Shown here piece by piece: positions 52,662 to 62,455 of a DNA stretch of 64,000 bases. The notes under the pieces were generated by a model that saw nothing but the letters and a program-made list of their open reading frames with translations, ran no database searches and was not told the DNA's origin. Source of the DNA: Candidatus Acidiferrales bacterium (GTDB lineage Bacteria; Acidobacteriota; Terriglobia; Acidiferrales; UBA7541). The stretch spans positions 15,994-79,993 of the forward strand of contig DASUAV010000174.1 in assembly GCA_035763605.1 (NCBI GenBank), written 5' to 3'. Position 1 is the first letter of the stretch. Every line of letters begins with the position of its first letter. The position numbers and the translations under genes are program-made.

Positions 52662-54173
52662 CTAGGATACAGGCAGGAAGCACCGCAAGAGCTTTCTGCA
52701 TTCTGCGTAGTTGTAGCCCCCCGAGATGAGATATAGGGCCATGGCGGTTACCCAGCAAATCAAGCCAAGCGCAGCCGAAAAAGGACCGAAAAAGTACAGA
52801 GCCAGAGCGGAGACCAGGCTTACCGCGCAAAACATCATATAGTCTTTGAAAATACCCAGGCGAAAGGGAACACTGCGCCAGGCTACGATCATCAGCACAG
52901 GCGCTTGAGCGAACATCGAGAGCCCGTAAGCCCAAATGCCGCCGGCCAAACCCCATCTTGGCCAAAGGTTGAAAAAGAGAAACACATAAAGACTCACTTG
53001 TCCGAGGCTGACCCATACTGCCCGCTGTTGCTTGCCTACGCTGGAAAGCAAGATTCCCCCAATTCGGCATGGACCCGCAACACCCAGTAAAAACGAAAGC
53101 ACGACAACCAGGTTCGCGAGAGGCAGGTACTGCGTGCCATAAATGTGCAGCAATGGGCGCGCCATAAAGACAAAAGCAAACGTGCCGGCGGCATTCACGA
53201 GCAACAGGATACGCATATGCATCGCGAATACGTCCGTGGCCCCCGCATAATTTTTTTCCGCCAAAACGTTCGTCAAAGAGGGCAAGAGTGTATCCGTGAT
53301 ATATCGATTGACCGTTCGAATCGAGTCGGCCAAAGTAATAATCGCAACGTACTTCCCGAGTACAGCCAGATTGCCGACATTCAGAATTAGAAACACGTCG
53401 AGCCGCTGTGAGAAAAAGTTCAGCGCGCTCAATTCCTGGAGTGAAAATGTGTACTTCCAAAACCCTTTGGGAAGAAAGAAGTGAAACGATTTAGCATGAT
53501 GGGAGGGTTCCAAATGGTTAAGCAGTATTCGAAGGCCTGTTAGCGAGATCCCGATAATTAACGTGAAGTAGATACCCCAGATGATTTGCGTGTAATGTGC
53601 GGCCGCAAATGTGCGGCCAAAGAAGAAAAAAGGTAAGTAGAAGAATAGGTATCCGACCGGCTGCATGCGAGCGAGACCTTGCGCCTGTGCAATCTCTAGC
53701 AGGCCTTTCAACGATGAAATGACGAGAAAAAAGAGAATGGAAACAGGAGCAAGGAACAGGATCAAAAGCTGTAGATGAGGACTGGTGTTTTTGCCGAAAA
53801 TATAATGGAGTTTATCGGGCCAGACTGTCGCAACAATCAGGTAAGGAATCAGCCCAAGACACGTAATCGCGTAGTACGATGCCAGGAAGGACCGCCTCTT
53901 GCTCCGTTCCACTTCAGGAATGAACTTCATGGCGACAGCATCGCCGCCCAAATAGAGGAAGCAGGAAACGAAGGTGATGTAGGCGCCCATCAAACCGTAC
54001 ATACCCACGGCTTCGGGACCGGTTCGGGCAAACAATATGGTGGTCCCGTAACTAAACGGAACCGATAGCCCGGCTAGCCACACGGTAGAACGCATGCCGG
54101 TGATAATCCGGTCGCGTTGTGCTTCGGGCACGCGTGAAAGCAGCGGGATTGCAGAGTTGGATTGCTCAGCCAT
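52662..54173 (-). CDS. Wzx/MOP-family oligosaccharide flippase
   Basis: 503 aa, about 12-14 TM segments, polysaccharide-biosynthesis-protein look ('FARTGPEAVGMYGL', 'LLPSLTNVLAEKN'). Confidence 0.75.
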   Translation of the reverse strand: MAEQSNSAIPLLSRVPEAQRDRIITGMRSTVWLAGLSVPFSYGTTILFARTGPEAVGMYGLMGAYITFVSCFLYLGGDAVAMKFIPEVERSKRRSFLASYYAITCLGLIPYLIVATVWPDKLHYIFGKNTSPHLQLLILFLAPVSILFFLVISSLKGLLEIAQAQGLARMQPVGYLFFYLPFFFFGRTFAAAHYTQIIWGIYFTLIIGISLTGLRILLNHLEPSHHAKSFHFFLPKGFWKYTFSLQELSALNFFSQRLDVFLILNVGNLAVLGKYVAIITLADSIRTVNRYITDTLLPSLTNVLAEKNYAGATDVFAMHMRILLLVNAAGTFAFVFMARPLLHIYGTQYLPLANLVVVLSFLLGVAGPCRIGGILLSSVGKQQRAVWVSLGQVSLYVFLFFNLWPRWGLAGGIWAYGLSMFAQAPVLMIVAWRSVPFRLGIFKDYMMFCAVSLVSALALYFFGPFSAALGLICWVTAMALYLISGGYNYAECRKLLRCFLPVS

Positions 54174-54225
54174 TTCGCGTGAATCGGTCTTTCAGCGGGC
54201 GCTCTTGCGCAAACTAATCCTGAGA

Positions 54226-55512
54226 CTAAACTCTCTCGAATCTCGCATGCACAAGATCGGTTTCTGGACCCGCATTAGTCGCGGGCGCTGAAAACGCGCG
54301 TGAGCTCTCCGCCTTCTCGACGCGGTCAAGTTCGCGGCAGCGTTTTCGAAAAAGAGCGGGAATAGCCGCTGAAAGAAAAATGATAATCCAGAATGTCTTT
54401 TGGTACTCCGCCGAAAGGAACATGGAAGCCACAGCAAAACCGACCAAGCCCGTTTGCATACCGCTGGTCACAGCGAAGAAAAATTCATCTCCTCTTTTTC
54501 GCGCGTCGCGGCGGACCTTGGCCAGCGATGAATATGTTGAAACCAGTATGCACAAGAACAGCAAAATGCCCAGTGTGCCCATTTCCGCAGCGTACTCGAC
54601 ATATACATCATGGGCTATATATCCGCCTCTGTCTTGAAACAAGCCCATGCTGTCCATCGTCTCTTTGAACCTGCCGAGGCCCACACCCGTGATGGGATGC
54701 TTCGCATACACTTTCAGCCCGGCATAAAACAGCTCTTTGTGTGCCTCTGTTGATGCCGTGTCTCCATACCGAGGATGGAGAATTCTCTGGATCGGCGAAT
54801 TCGGCGAAATAATCAAGAGCATGGCGATCACCACGCCGGCGCCCAGCAACTGAGCCTTCTTACGAGATCGCATGAAGATGAATACGGCACAGACGCAAAT
54901 GCCGAGGAAAGCGCCCCGTGACGCTGAAACTACCAGGGAAGTGGCTGTGAGCATTGTGCAGGCGATCACGAAAAGCTTCTGACGGAACGGCAACTTTGTT
55001 TTTAGCAGGAAGTACCCAAGCGCCAGAGCCAGAATGGCGTTCGCCCCAAAATAATTCGCGTCGCCGGAAACCCACCCGGCGCGGTAACCGGAAGAGAACC
55101 CGTTCTTTTGCCATTCTCTCAGCAAGTACAACGATGCCACGGACAGAGCGCCCATGATGGCAAATACGGAATAGCGCAAGCGGCGCACCGAATCCACCAG
55201 GACAATGATGACAAAGAACATGAAGACGAAAGAGAGATAGCTCATCAACGGGCTCATGAAGATGTTAGGCCGATCGCCGAGAGCCATATAAGAGATAGTT
55301 GCGAGAAATACCAGCGCCGCAAAGAATCGCGCTTGCCAAGTGCCAAACAGAGTTGGAACGCCCCCTTTGACGGCAACATAACCGAGTGCATAGAGAAATG
55401 CCACCAAGCCGACGTACTTGAAAACAGTGAAGCCATCGCCGCCCAGTTGCGCGCCAAACCACGGCTGATTCGGTACGGCCGAGAACCATACGATGAGGTA
55501 ATAGAAGATCAT
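54226..55512 (-). CDS. O-antigen ligase/polymerase family membrane protein (Wzy_C type)
   Basis: 428 aa, polytopic. 'VSASRGAFLGICVCAVFIF' together with the large loop '..HPITGVGLGRF....HDVYVEYAAEMGTLG' matches the O-antigen ligase domain pattern (SRG...GxGxG...H..y). Confidence 0.75.
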   Translation of the reverse strand: MIFYYLIVWFSAVPNQPWFGAQLGGDGFTVFKYVGLVAFLYALGYVAVKGGVPTLFGTWQARFFAALVFLATISYMALGDRPNIFMSPLMSYLSFVFMFFVIIVLVDSVRRLRYSVFAIMGALSVASLYLLREWQKNGFSSGYRAGWVSGDANYFGANAILALALGYFLLKTKLPFRQKLFVIACTMLTATSLVVSASRGAFLGICVCAVFIFMRSRKKAQLLGAGVVIAMLLIISPNSPIQRILHPRYGDTASTEAHKELFYAGLKVYAKHPITGVGLGRFKETMDSMGLFQDRGGYIAHDVYVEYAAEMGTLGILLFLCILVSTYSSLAKVRRDARKRGDEFFFAVTSGMQTGLVGFAVASMFLSAEYQKTFWIIIFLSAAIPALFRKRCRELDRVEKAESSRAFSAPATNAGPETDLVHARFERV

Positions 55513-55564
55513 CTGGCCGTCCTTTCCGTTGTTTTCCCGTGTATATCCATAACGATTCCTTAAC

Positions 55565-56548
55565 TCAAATCTGTGGCGCTTCGCGATGTCGCGAAAGGCG
55601 TACCAGCAAATTCGGACGCCACTTTTCCAGTTGGCGAAGATAAGTGAGCGCCGCTCGATTGGCAGGCGTGCGGTCTGGCCGAATCTTTTTCAGCCCGGAA
55701 ATTCCATCGCGAACGCCCTCCCAAAACGGCTTGAAAGCTCCACTGCGCAGAGCAAACACGCCCATCATTCCGATTTTTGGCACGAGGTAACGCATCCCCG
55801 CAAAGAACGGGAAATCCTTGTAGGAGATCCAGAAATAATTGCGCGTGAAATATTTATATTGGCGGTCGGAGCTGCGTCCTGTTTCCGATGCGCGATGTCC
55901 CACGCGAACTTGCGGGGTGTGCAAAATGCGGAAACCATGGTTGAACAGCTGAATGACCAGGTCGTCGCCCTCTGCTCCGTAGAATAAAGGTTCGTAATAT
56001 CCGCCGCAAATGTCGAGAGCTTCGCGGCGAAAGGCGCACGCCCCTTCGCCGAACCAGGTGGTCTCAAATTCAGATTCTGAGTGTTCTTTCCAGTAGCGGG
56101 GATGGCACCATTCTCTCAGACGGAGTCTGCCTGTATCCGGATCACAGACCTGCAGGGCCAACACGTGAAATTCCGGCCGCTGGGCGAACAAGTTCACAAT
56201 CTTTGTGATCTCGAATGGCGAGAGGAACTTCACGTCATCTTCGAGGAAGACCACGACGTCACCGTGCGACGCACGCAGTCCTGCGTTGCGGCCTCCGCAA
56301 GCCCCGCGGTTTTCAGTAAGTTGCACAAAATTTATTTTGTGGGAGCGCTGTTCAACTACTGCTCTGACGTCGTCGCACGAGTTGTTGTCCACGACGACCA
56401 ACTCGACGTTTGGATAATCCTGCGACAACACTGAGTCGATTGACTCCTCAATCGTTTCGCGCCGCTTGTAGTAGAGGATAATGACGCTGACGAGCGGGCC
56501 ATCGGCGTTAGCTGGCCCTCTAATCTCCTGATTCTCTGTGCCGCTCAT
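55565..56548 (-). CDS. glycosyltransferase family 2
   Basis: 'LVSVIILYYKRRETIEESIDSVLSQDYPNVELVVVDNNSCDD' and 'VVFLEDDVKF' (DxD). Confidence 0.85.
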   Translation of the reverse strand: MSGTENQEIRGPANADGPLVSVIILYYKRRETIEESIDSVLSQDYPNVELVVVDNNSCDDVRAVVEQRSHKINFVQLTENRGACGGRNAGLRASHGDVVVFLEDDVKFLSPFEITKIVNLFAQRPEFHVLALQVCDPDTGRLRLREWCHPRYWKEHSESEFETTWFGEGACAFRREALDICGGYYEPLFYGAEGDDLVIQLFNHGFRILHTPQVRVGHRASETGRSSDRQYKYFTRNYFWISYKDFPFFAGMRYLVPKIGMMGVFALRSGAFKPFWEGVRDGISGLKKIRPDRTPANRAALTYLRQLEKWRPNLLVRLSRHREAPQI

Positions 56549-56549
56549 C

Positions 56550-57569
56550 CTATCCGCTCACAATTCCAACGCGCCGGAGAAATTTCACTGCCGAGCGCAC
56601 CGGGTAATACACCACGTCGTTCCCCAGGATGTACTTCGTGAACCAGCGGTACTTGCTGAATTTGAACATCAACGTGTTGAGCCGGTCCTTCGGGGGCGGC
56701 TCGAAATGCGTGGAGAATTTCTGCCAATTGCCGTCAACCTGAATTTCCTGCTCTTCGATATTGCCGAGGCCCCGCTTGGCCGCGAAAACTACGTGTTTCG
56801 ACAGCATGGGATTCAAGCCAATCAGGCGCATGCAGGTGGCATCGAGCGCCACGCCGTCTTGGCTTCCCAAAATTGCATCCAGAATGCGAGGTTTTCCCGC
56901 CACTGGACCTCGGCCCTCCATGCAAACTGTGGCGTCCACAATCGAAAACTGAGGATGAAAAATTCGGTGCAGCGAAGCCAGCATCTCGTGGATTGCGCCA
57001 TGGTGCTGAATGCGATCCAGCGCAAGCGGCACGCATCCCCACTGGTTTTTCAGAACGCCTGTGAAGTAAGTCAATGCGTGCGTTTTGAGTACCGGTACGG
57101 AAATGAACGTATCGCATTCGAGCAGCATGCGCGGCAGCGGAATTTCTCCAATCGGCTCGACCTGACAATTCACCAATGCCATCTTCGACAAATTCACCAG
57201 CGCGACGCCGTATTTTCTCGCGAGCTCCGTGTAGCCGGTTGCCTCGTAAACGTACTCCGTTGTCTGCCGGATGTGATCCGCTTCGACCACGGAAATTCGA
57301 TTGGTCCGTTCCAGCAACACTTCGCAAACTGCGGCCGTCACAGCCAATTTCGTGTTCGACGATTCGATTTGCTCGGGAACGGCTGTGCACAGGTTCGGCT
57401 TGAGCACTACAGTGCCGCCCTGCGGCACCCAGCGCCGCCACTCGCACAACTCCATGCATTCGCGAACGGCCGCGGCAATTCCTTTTTCTTTTGTTCCTCG
57501 AAGCGCTACACGGCTCTTTTCTATGCTGGTCATAGGTCCTGTCGAATGATTTGTAAGAGTCCCTTCCAT
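56550..57569 (-). CDS. DUF362-like protein
   Basis: 'GGTVVLKPNLCTAVP....TKLAVTAAVCEVLLE' and 'SVPVLKTHALTYFTGVLKNQWG' resemble DUF362. ATG 57569 lies 11 nt after the upstream stop. Confidence 0.5.
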   Translation of the reverse strand: MEGTLTNHSTGPMTSIEKSRVALRGTKEKGIAAAVRECMELCEWRRWVPQGGTVVLKPNLCTAVPEQIESSNTKLAVTAAVCEVLLERTNRISVVEADHIRQTTEYVYEATGYTELARKYGVALVNLSKMALVNCQVEPIGEIPLPRMLLECDTFISVPVLKTHALTYFTGVLKNQWGCVPLALDRIQHHGAIHEMLASLHRIFHPQFSIVDATVCMEGRGPVAGKPRILDAILGSQDGVALDATCMRLIGLNPMLSKHVVFAAKRGLGNIEEQEIQVDGNWQKFSTHFEPPPKDRLNTLMFKFSKYRWFTKYILGNDVVYYPVRSAVKFLRRVGIVSG

Positions 57570-57580
57570 TTTGTACCCGG

Positions 57581-58864
57581 TTAAGCGGTGGTGCCTTCCA
57601 GAAATTGCGAATAGTTCCACAAGACGTCATCCACCAATTTGCGCCAGAGCGCCTCGTCTGTGTATCGCGATTGCGGAGTGCGCTCCGGCAACAGGGCTCG
57701 AAGCTCCGCCCAATTGACGTCAAGCCGCGGCGGCTGCCCGCTGTGTTTCACGAGGCAGGGAAGGCGAAAGGCGACTTCCGCAGCAGCCTGGTAAACGAGG
57801 TAGCGAGGCGTTGCCTGAAAAGCTATTGTCACCCAGCGAGGCCACTGCGCAGCGTTCTTCAATCCGCCGCGCCGCTTGACTAACGAAGCCCAGCCACGGA
57901 GGCGCTGTTTTGCCGTTTGCCGCCGTGCCAACTCGCGCGAAAGCTCGGCAACAGTCAGGATGCCTGTTTTGCCCGCGAGTTCCATCGCCTGCCAGCGCCA
58001 CAGACGCCGCATGTAGCTGATGGCTTCCTTCCACAGTTCGACGCCGGATTCGCAATAGACGTCATCTCCTGTGAGCTTCCACATCGTGCACTCAGACACT
58101 CGCATGGCAAATTTGGCTAACGGGAAGGGGGCATTCGCCACTGAATTGGCGGCCATGCTCTGGAGTCGCTTGGCGCGTTCCTGATAACTTGGCGCATACT
58201 GTCTTGCAAAGACCAAATAAGAAGTCGCCATATCCAGAAACAATTTGACTGTCGCGTAATGCAAATCAGTCGGCAGTTCCGCTGAATCGGGCGACAGGCG
58301 GTGCACGAAGGCGAGGTGTTCGATCATCCTGTTGCATAACATGCGCCAGGCATCTTCGCGCGGTAGGTCTGCCGCAGAAAAATCTGGAATCAATCGGAGA
58401 ATGCCAGGATCGCCCCAGACGACTCTGCCGCAATTCCTGAGCTCGTAGGAAAAAATTGCGGGGGGAAGCGTCTGGAAATATTGAGGAGAAACCGCATGAG
58501 CATGCACCGTACACCGCAGACCTTCTTTCAGCAGAATCTCCTCGATTCTTTGGCTGAGCGCCGCTTCTTCGACTACTCTCGGCATCGGAGAGCCAGCGCT
58601 GAAAGCCATCAGGAAATCAGCGTCGCCGAGAAGCTCCGAGCCTTGCGAATGCTCGATAATGGTCGCTTCGTCACGTGCCAGGCTGCCGGTAAGCACAATT
58701 GCCCGCAAACCGTCACCGAAAGACGCCCGCACGATCTCGATTGCACGCGCAGAAGTCAAATTTCGCGTTTGGAGCGCGCGTTCCGTCGCTCTATTTTTTT
58801 CATCGAGGCGAGCGGTAGCTTTGCCCGATTCACCAGTCAAAATTTGGGAGCCTGTAAATTCCAT
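57581..58864 (-). CDS. nucleotidyltransferase-fold (Pol-beta superfamily) protein with large helical C-terminal domain
   Basis: 'AIVLTGSLARDEAT......LGDADFLMAF' fits the G-S-x(n)-[DE]x[DE] minimal NTase signature. The remaining ~300 aa are helical with no motif I recognise. Confidence 0.45.
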   Translation of the reverse strand: MEFTGSQILTGESGKATARLDEKNRATERALQTRNLTSARAIEIVRASFGDGLRAIVLTGSLARDEATIIEHSQGSELLGDADFLMAFSAGSPMPRVVEEAALSQRIEEILLKEGLRCTVHAHAVSPQYFQTLPPAIFSYELRNCGRVVWGDPGILRLIPDFSAADLPREDAWRMLCNRMIEHLAFVHRLSPDSAELPTDLHYATVKLFLDMATSYLVFARQYAPSYQERAKRLQSMAANSVANAPFPLAKFAMRVSECTMWKLTGDDVYCESGVELWKEAISYMRRLWRWQAMELAGKTGILTVAELSRELARRQTAKQRLRGWASLVKRRGGLKNAAQWPRWVTIAFQATPRYLVYQAAAEVAFRLPCLVKHSGQPPRLDVNWAELRALLPERTPQSRYTDEALWRKLVDDVLWNYSQFLEGTTA

Positions 58865-58899
58865 CGAAGATTTCCCGATTCGCTATGTTCGCGCAACCT

Positions 58900-60078
58900 C
58901 TATGATTCCCGCGCCACCTCAACCTGCCGGCTCATAGGCTTCTGCAAATGCCCGGCCCATGCATCGAGGTAAAACTGAGTCGTTTCCCGTATGAATTTTC
59001 GGGCGCTAAAGGCCTCTAAGACATGGCGACGCCCTGATTCCGCGAGCGCTTGCCTTCGTTTCGGATCGCGGAGCAATGCACACATCGCTTCCGCCATGCG
59101 TTTTGAATCGCCCGGAGGCACGGTTAGACCCGTCTCGCCGTGGATGACGACATCTGGAGTCCCGTCAACTGCGGTCGCTACGATCGTCTTGCCCGCCGCA
59201 AGGGATTCGATCGCGACCAGTGGCAGGCCTTCGTAGTAGGAAGGCAGCACAGTTAGGTCCGCCAACGCGAGCCAATCGGGGGTGTTCGATTGATATCCAA
59301 CGAATCGCACGGAATCGTAAACGCCCAAAGCGCGCGCTTGCTGCTCGAGATTGTCGCGCAGCGCGCCATCGCCCACGCAGACCAATCGGGCGTTCGGAAA
59401 TTCCTTGAGCACGTCCGGCACGGCGTCAAGGAGTACGTGATGGCCCTTCTGCGGTTCCAGGCGCGCCAGCACCAACAGAACTGGATCGTTCTCTCCAAAT
59501 CCAAGCGATTGCCGCATGCCGGCCGGCGCAGGTCTCTCCGGGTCAAACTTCTCGAGATTGCAGCCATTGTGGATGACGCGAACCCTGGACGGGTCCACGC
59601 GCTTGTTGCCGGTCAAATGCTGAGCGCATGCGGAAGAAACGGCGATGAAACGGCTCACGCACGTCCCGGCGAGCCGGTCCACAATGTATTTGGACTTTAG
59701 CCAGCCTTTTCTCCACGGCTCACGGCTATGCGAAGTTTCAATCACGACTGGAACGCCACAAAGCCGGGCAATCGGAGAGGCAAACAAACTGGCGCGAAAC
59801 ATATGGGCATGCAGAATCTGAATTCTGTGGCGGCGAATGGCGCGCGCCAGCACGATGGCACCACTGATATCCGAAATGCTGTCAATCATTACCGGCGTTA
59901 CTTGCACGTCGTTCGGAATTTCATCCCCGAACTTCTCCCGTAACTCTTTCGGGCATGCCAAGTGAAGCTGAAACAACTGCCGGTCCAAGCCGCGCAACAA
60001 TTCGAGAACATGTTCTTCGACGCCGGCGCGCACCGTCGAATTCGAAAAAATCATCAGCGAAATGGGTTGCGTGCTCAT
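58900..60078 (-). CDS. glycosyltransferase family 4 (GT-B)
   Basis: 'LTVLPSYYEGLPLVAIESLAAGKTIVATAVDGTPDVVIHGETGLTVPPGD' (EX7E block). ATGA overlap with the upstream gene. Confidence 0.85.
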   Translation of the reverse strand: MSTQPISLMIFSNSTVRAGVEEHVLELLRGLDRQLFQLHLACPKELREKFGDEIPNDVQVTPVMIDSISDISGAIVLARAIRRHRIQILHAHMFRASLFASPIARLCGVPVVIETSHSREPWRKGWLKSKYIVDRLAGTCVSRFIAVSSACAQHLTGNKRVDPSRVRVIHNGCNLEKFDPERPAPAGMRQSLGFGENDPVLLVLARLEPQKGHHVLLDAVPDVLKEFPNARLVCVGDGALRDNLEQQARALGVYDSVRFVGYQSNTPDWLALADLTVLPSYYEGLPLVAIESLAAGKTIVATAVDGTPDVVIHGETGLTVPPGDSKRMAEAMCALLRDPKRRQALAESGRRHVLEAFSARKFIRETTQFYLDAWAGHLQKPMSRQVEVARES

Positions 60079-61277
60079 GCTCTAGCGCGTTGTGCGGCCT
60101 CCCACATCCAATCATGCACATCCTGTACGGATTGCATCGAGTTCTCCGGTCTCACGTTGCTCAGAAATACTCCGTCGGAATACGGATCGTCAGGATGGTA
60201 ACCGTGCATTCCCACAGGCCGCCAGCTTGTTCCGTTAAAATCGCTCCGTGAAAGCAGCCAACCGGGATGCAGCAAAAAAATCAGCTCGCCGAATCGACGG
60301 TCCGGAAAGAAAACACCGAAGCGCTTCAATTCCGCATCGGAAAGAACTCGGCCGCACGGCGCGTTATTCAGAATTTCGGTGACAGTTTTGCGCGCGGCAT
60401 CGGTGAAAAACCAGAATCGCGCCATGGTGGAATCGAAAACGGCCAGGTAATCCTCCGGCATGCGCAGCGCCAGTTCTTCGAAGTGCTTAAGCAGATCGTA
60501 TTTCTTGCTGACTGGAGTCATTCCGTGGTCCGAAGTAATCGCGAAATTCGCGCTGTCACTTGTCTCTTGCGCCGCCGCAAAAACTTTGCGCAGATTTTCT
60601 TCGTACCACCGCAGGCGCTCTTCGATTTTCTCTGGTTCCATGCAGTGCATGTGGAGGAACATGTCCATTTCGCTGAGATACAGAAAATAAAACGAGGCCG
60701 CACTGGAGCGAATGTCCTCTTCTGCCTGGCGGAGGATCTGGGCGTCGGTTAAATGATGGTAAGTGTAAACGCGGAAGGGAAGGCCCTCGCGCTTGAGCTG
60801 GTCGAAGATGGACGGCGCTCCGGTGATTCCTCCGAGATCGTAAATGTTTCGCCGTTCCACCCAGTTGAAGTACGGAATCAGCCGCGGTGAAACGCAGCAG
60901 TCGAACAGTGGCCCCAAACCGAGCAGCCTTTTGCCCGTTTCCTTGAGCAGTTTTCTCGTGACTCGGTGGTCCAGTATCCCATTCGGCAGAAAAAGGAAGT
61001 GCCGGAACCAGCGAAACGGCGAACCCTGCGGATCATAGTAGAAAAGGTTCCAATGGCCATTCTCAGCCGGAGGAACGCCTGTCAGCATCGCCGGAATCGC
61101 TCCCGAGCTGAATCCCAGCACCGTGCGCAAGGGCTGACGATGAGGGAGCACGTCCGTCAGAAAATTGCTGTCTTCCACGTACTTCCAGCCAAGGGCGTCA
61201 ATCAGCACGATGACGGACACCTGTTTACGATCGCCGGATTTGCGCTCTGGCAGCACGGCTTGTGAAGTCCCACTCAT
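60075..61277 (-). CDS. alkaline phosphatase superfamily protein (type I phosphodiesterase/nucleotide pyrophosphatase-like)
   Basis: 'VSVIVLIDALGWKYV' (metal Asp), 'GFSSGAIPAMLTG' (nucleophile region), 'ITSDHGM' and 'VGMHGY'. ATGA overlap with the upstream gene. Confidence 0.7.
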   Translation of the reverse strand: MSGTSQAVLPERKSGDRKQVSVIVLIDALGWKYVEDSNFLTDVLPHRQPLRTVLGFSSGAIPAMLTGVPPAENGHWNLFYYDPQGSPFRWFRHFLFLPNGILDHRVTRKLLKETGKRLLGLGPLFDCCVSPRLIPYFNWVERRNIYDLGGITGAPSIFDQLKREGLPFRVYTYHHLTDAQILRQAEEDIRSSAASFYFLYLSEMDMFLHMHCMEPEKIEERLRWYEENLRKVFAAAQETSDSANFAITSDHGMTPVSKKYDLLKHFEELALRMPEDYLAVFDSTMARFWFFTDAARKTVTEILNNAPCGRVLSDAELKRFGVFFPDRRFGELIFLLHPGWLLSRSDFNGTSWRPVGMHGYHPDDPYSDGVFLSNVRPENSMQSVQDVHDWMWEAAQRARA

Positions 61278-62455
61278 ATTTCCGCCACTTGGCTAAGGAA
61301 TTTCACTGCTTCACGCGCTTTCTTTTCTGTGGTGCGCTCTGTCAGAGGCAGATTGATTACCTCACGCGCGGCGCGCTCTCCCTCGGGACACATCCCGGGT
61401 CTGTATCCGAAAGCCTCGGCGTTTGCCTCCCGAGGATGCAACGGATGGTTAAACCAGTCTCCAATCTCGATGCGCTTTTTGCGCGCTTTCTCCAGCACAT
61501 CCGCTTTGTTGCGCACGCGCATTGGATATCGCAAAAGCACGGGGTCCGCATAATGCGGAACGTCGAGCGCAGGCAATCCGAAGGAGCGCAGCGCTTCATC
61601 GTAAGCAAGCTTCAAGTTGCGTCTTCGCACCAGCACGACCGTGCTCGCCAGCCGTTTTTTCAGAAGCCATTCCTGCAATCCCGACATTTTCTTCGCGTAC
61701 CGCTCTGGCATTTTTCCATCGAACTCACCCGAATCGTTCGTGCCTACAAACACCCCATGATTAGCGAGAGTGCGAAATGCGTCTGCCGCCATCCAATAAA
61801 GTCGCGGTGACGAGAAAATCGAGCGCAGCGCAAGTTGCCCAGCCAGCAGTGAAAGTTCGCGAAACGAGGGGTTATTGCATTCCTCGTCATGAAACCGCGC
61901 CAGTTTTTTCGCCAAGTTCTTGTTCGTGGTGCTGAGCCAGCCTCCCAGCCCTGTCGAAACGGGCTTGGACCACTGTGAACTGAAGATTGCAACGTCGCCG
62001 GCGCTGCCTGCTTCCTGCCAGATGCCGCGGTCATCACAGTAGCGAGTTCCCAGAGAATGGGCGCAATCTTCGATTACTGCCATACCCTGGGCTCGCGCCC
62101 AAGCGGCAATGCGCGGAGAGGTTCCCGGAATCCCGTATGTGTGCTGCAACAGCAGCGCCTTGATGCGCTTTCCGTGATTCGCCTCAAACGCATCGGAGTA
62201 AGTGCCCAAGGAGGGGCTGTAGGTCTGAGGATCAATATCGGCGTAAATGCAATTGGCGCCGGCGAATAGCGCCGCCCCGGGCACCATAGCGCATGTGTAG
62301 CCGGGAACGATTACGTTGTCCCCGGGTCCAATGCCGAGCGCTTTGAGCGCCCCATAGAGCGCCACGCGGCCTTTCCAAAAGGTGAACGTGAACTTCGAAG
62401 GCGCCGCGCTCGAAAGCGCGTTCTGTGCGCTCGCGGATTGTGATATTTGCACCAT
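61274..62455 (-). CDS. DegT/DnrJ/EryC1-family PLP-dependent aminotransferase
   Basis: 'GPGDNVIVPGYTCAMVPGAALFAGANCIYADID', 'IEDCAHSLGTRY' and 'IFSSQWSKPVSTGLGG' (Lys block). Confidence 0.75.
   Translation of the reverse strand: MVQISQSASAQNALSSAAPSKFTFTFWKGRVALYGALKALGIGPGDNVIVPGYTCAMVPGAALFAGANCIYADIDPQTYSPSLGTYSDAFEANHGKRIKALLLQHTYGIPGTSPRIAAWARAQGMAVIEDCAHSLGTRYCDDRGIWQEAGSAGDVAIFSSQWSKPVSTGLGGWLSTTNKNLAKKLARFHDEECNNPSFRELSLLAGQLALRSIFSSPRLYWMAADAFRTLANHGVFVGTNDSGEFDGKMPERYAKKMSGLQEWLLKKRLASTVVLVRRRNLKLAYDEALRSFGLPALDVPHYADPVLLRYPMRVRNKADVLEKARKKRIEIGDWFNHPLHPREANAEAFGYRPGMCPEGERAAREVINLPLTERTTEKKAREAVKFLSQVAEI

Noticed and set aside
56538-57723. 348-aa + ORF and 329-aa alternative-frame minus ORF over the DUF362-like gene
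   Set aside because: Both are Arg/Ala/Gly-rich with no motifs. The chosen frame (56550..57569) has the DUF362-like blocks and fits the stop/start spacing of its neighbours.
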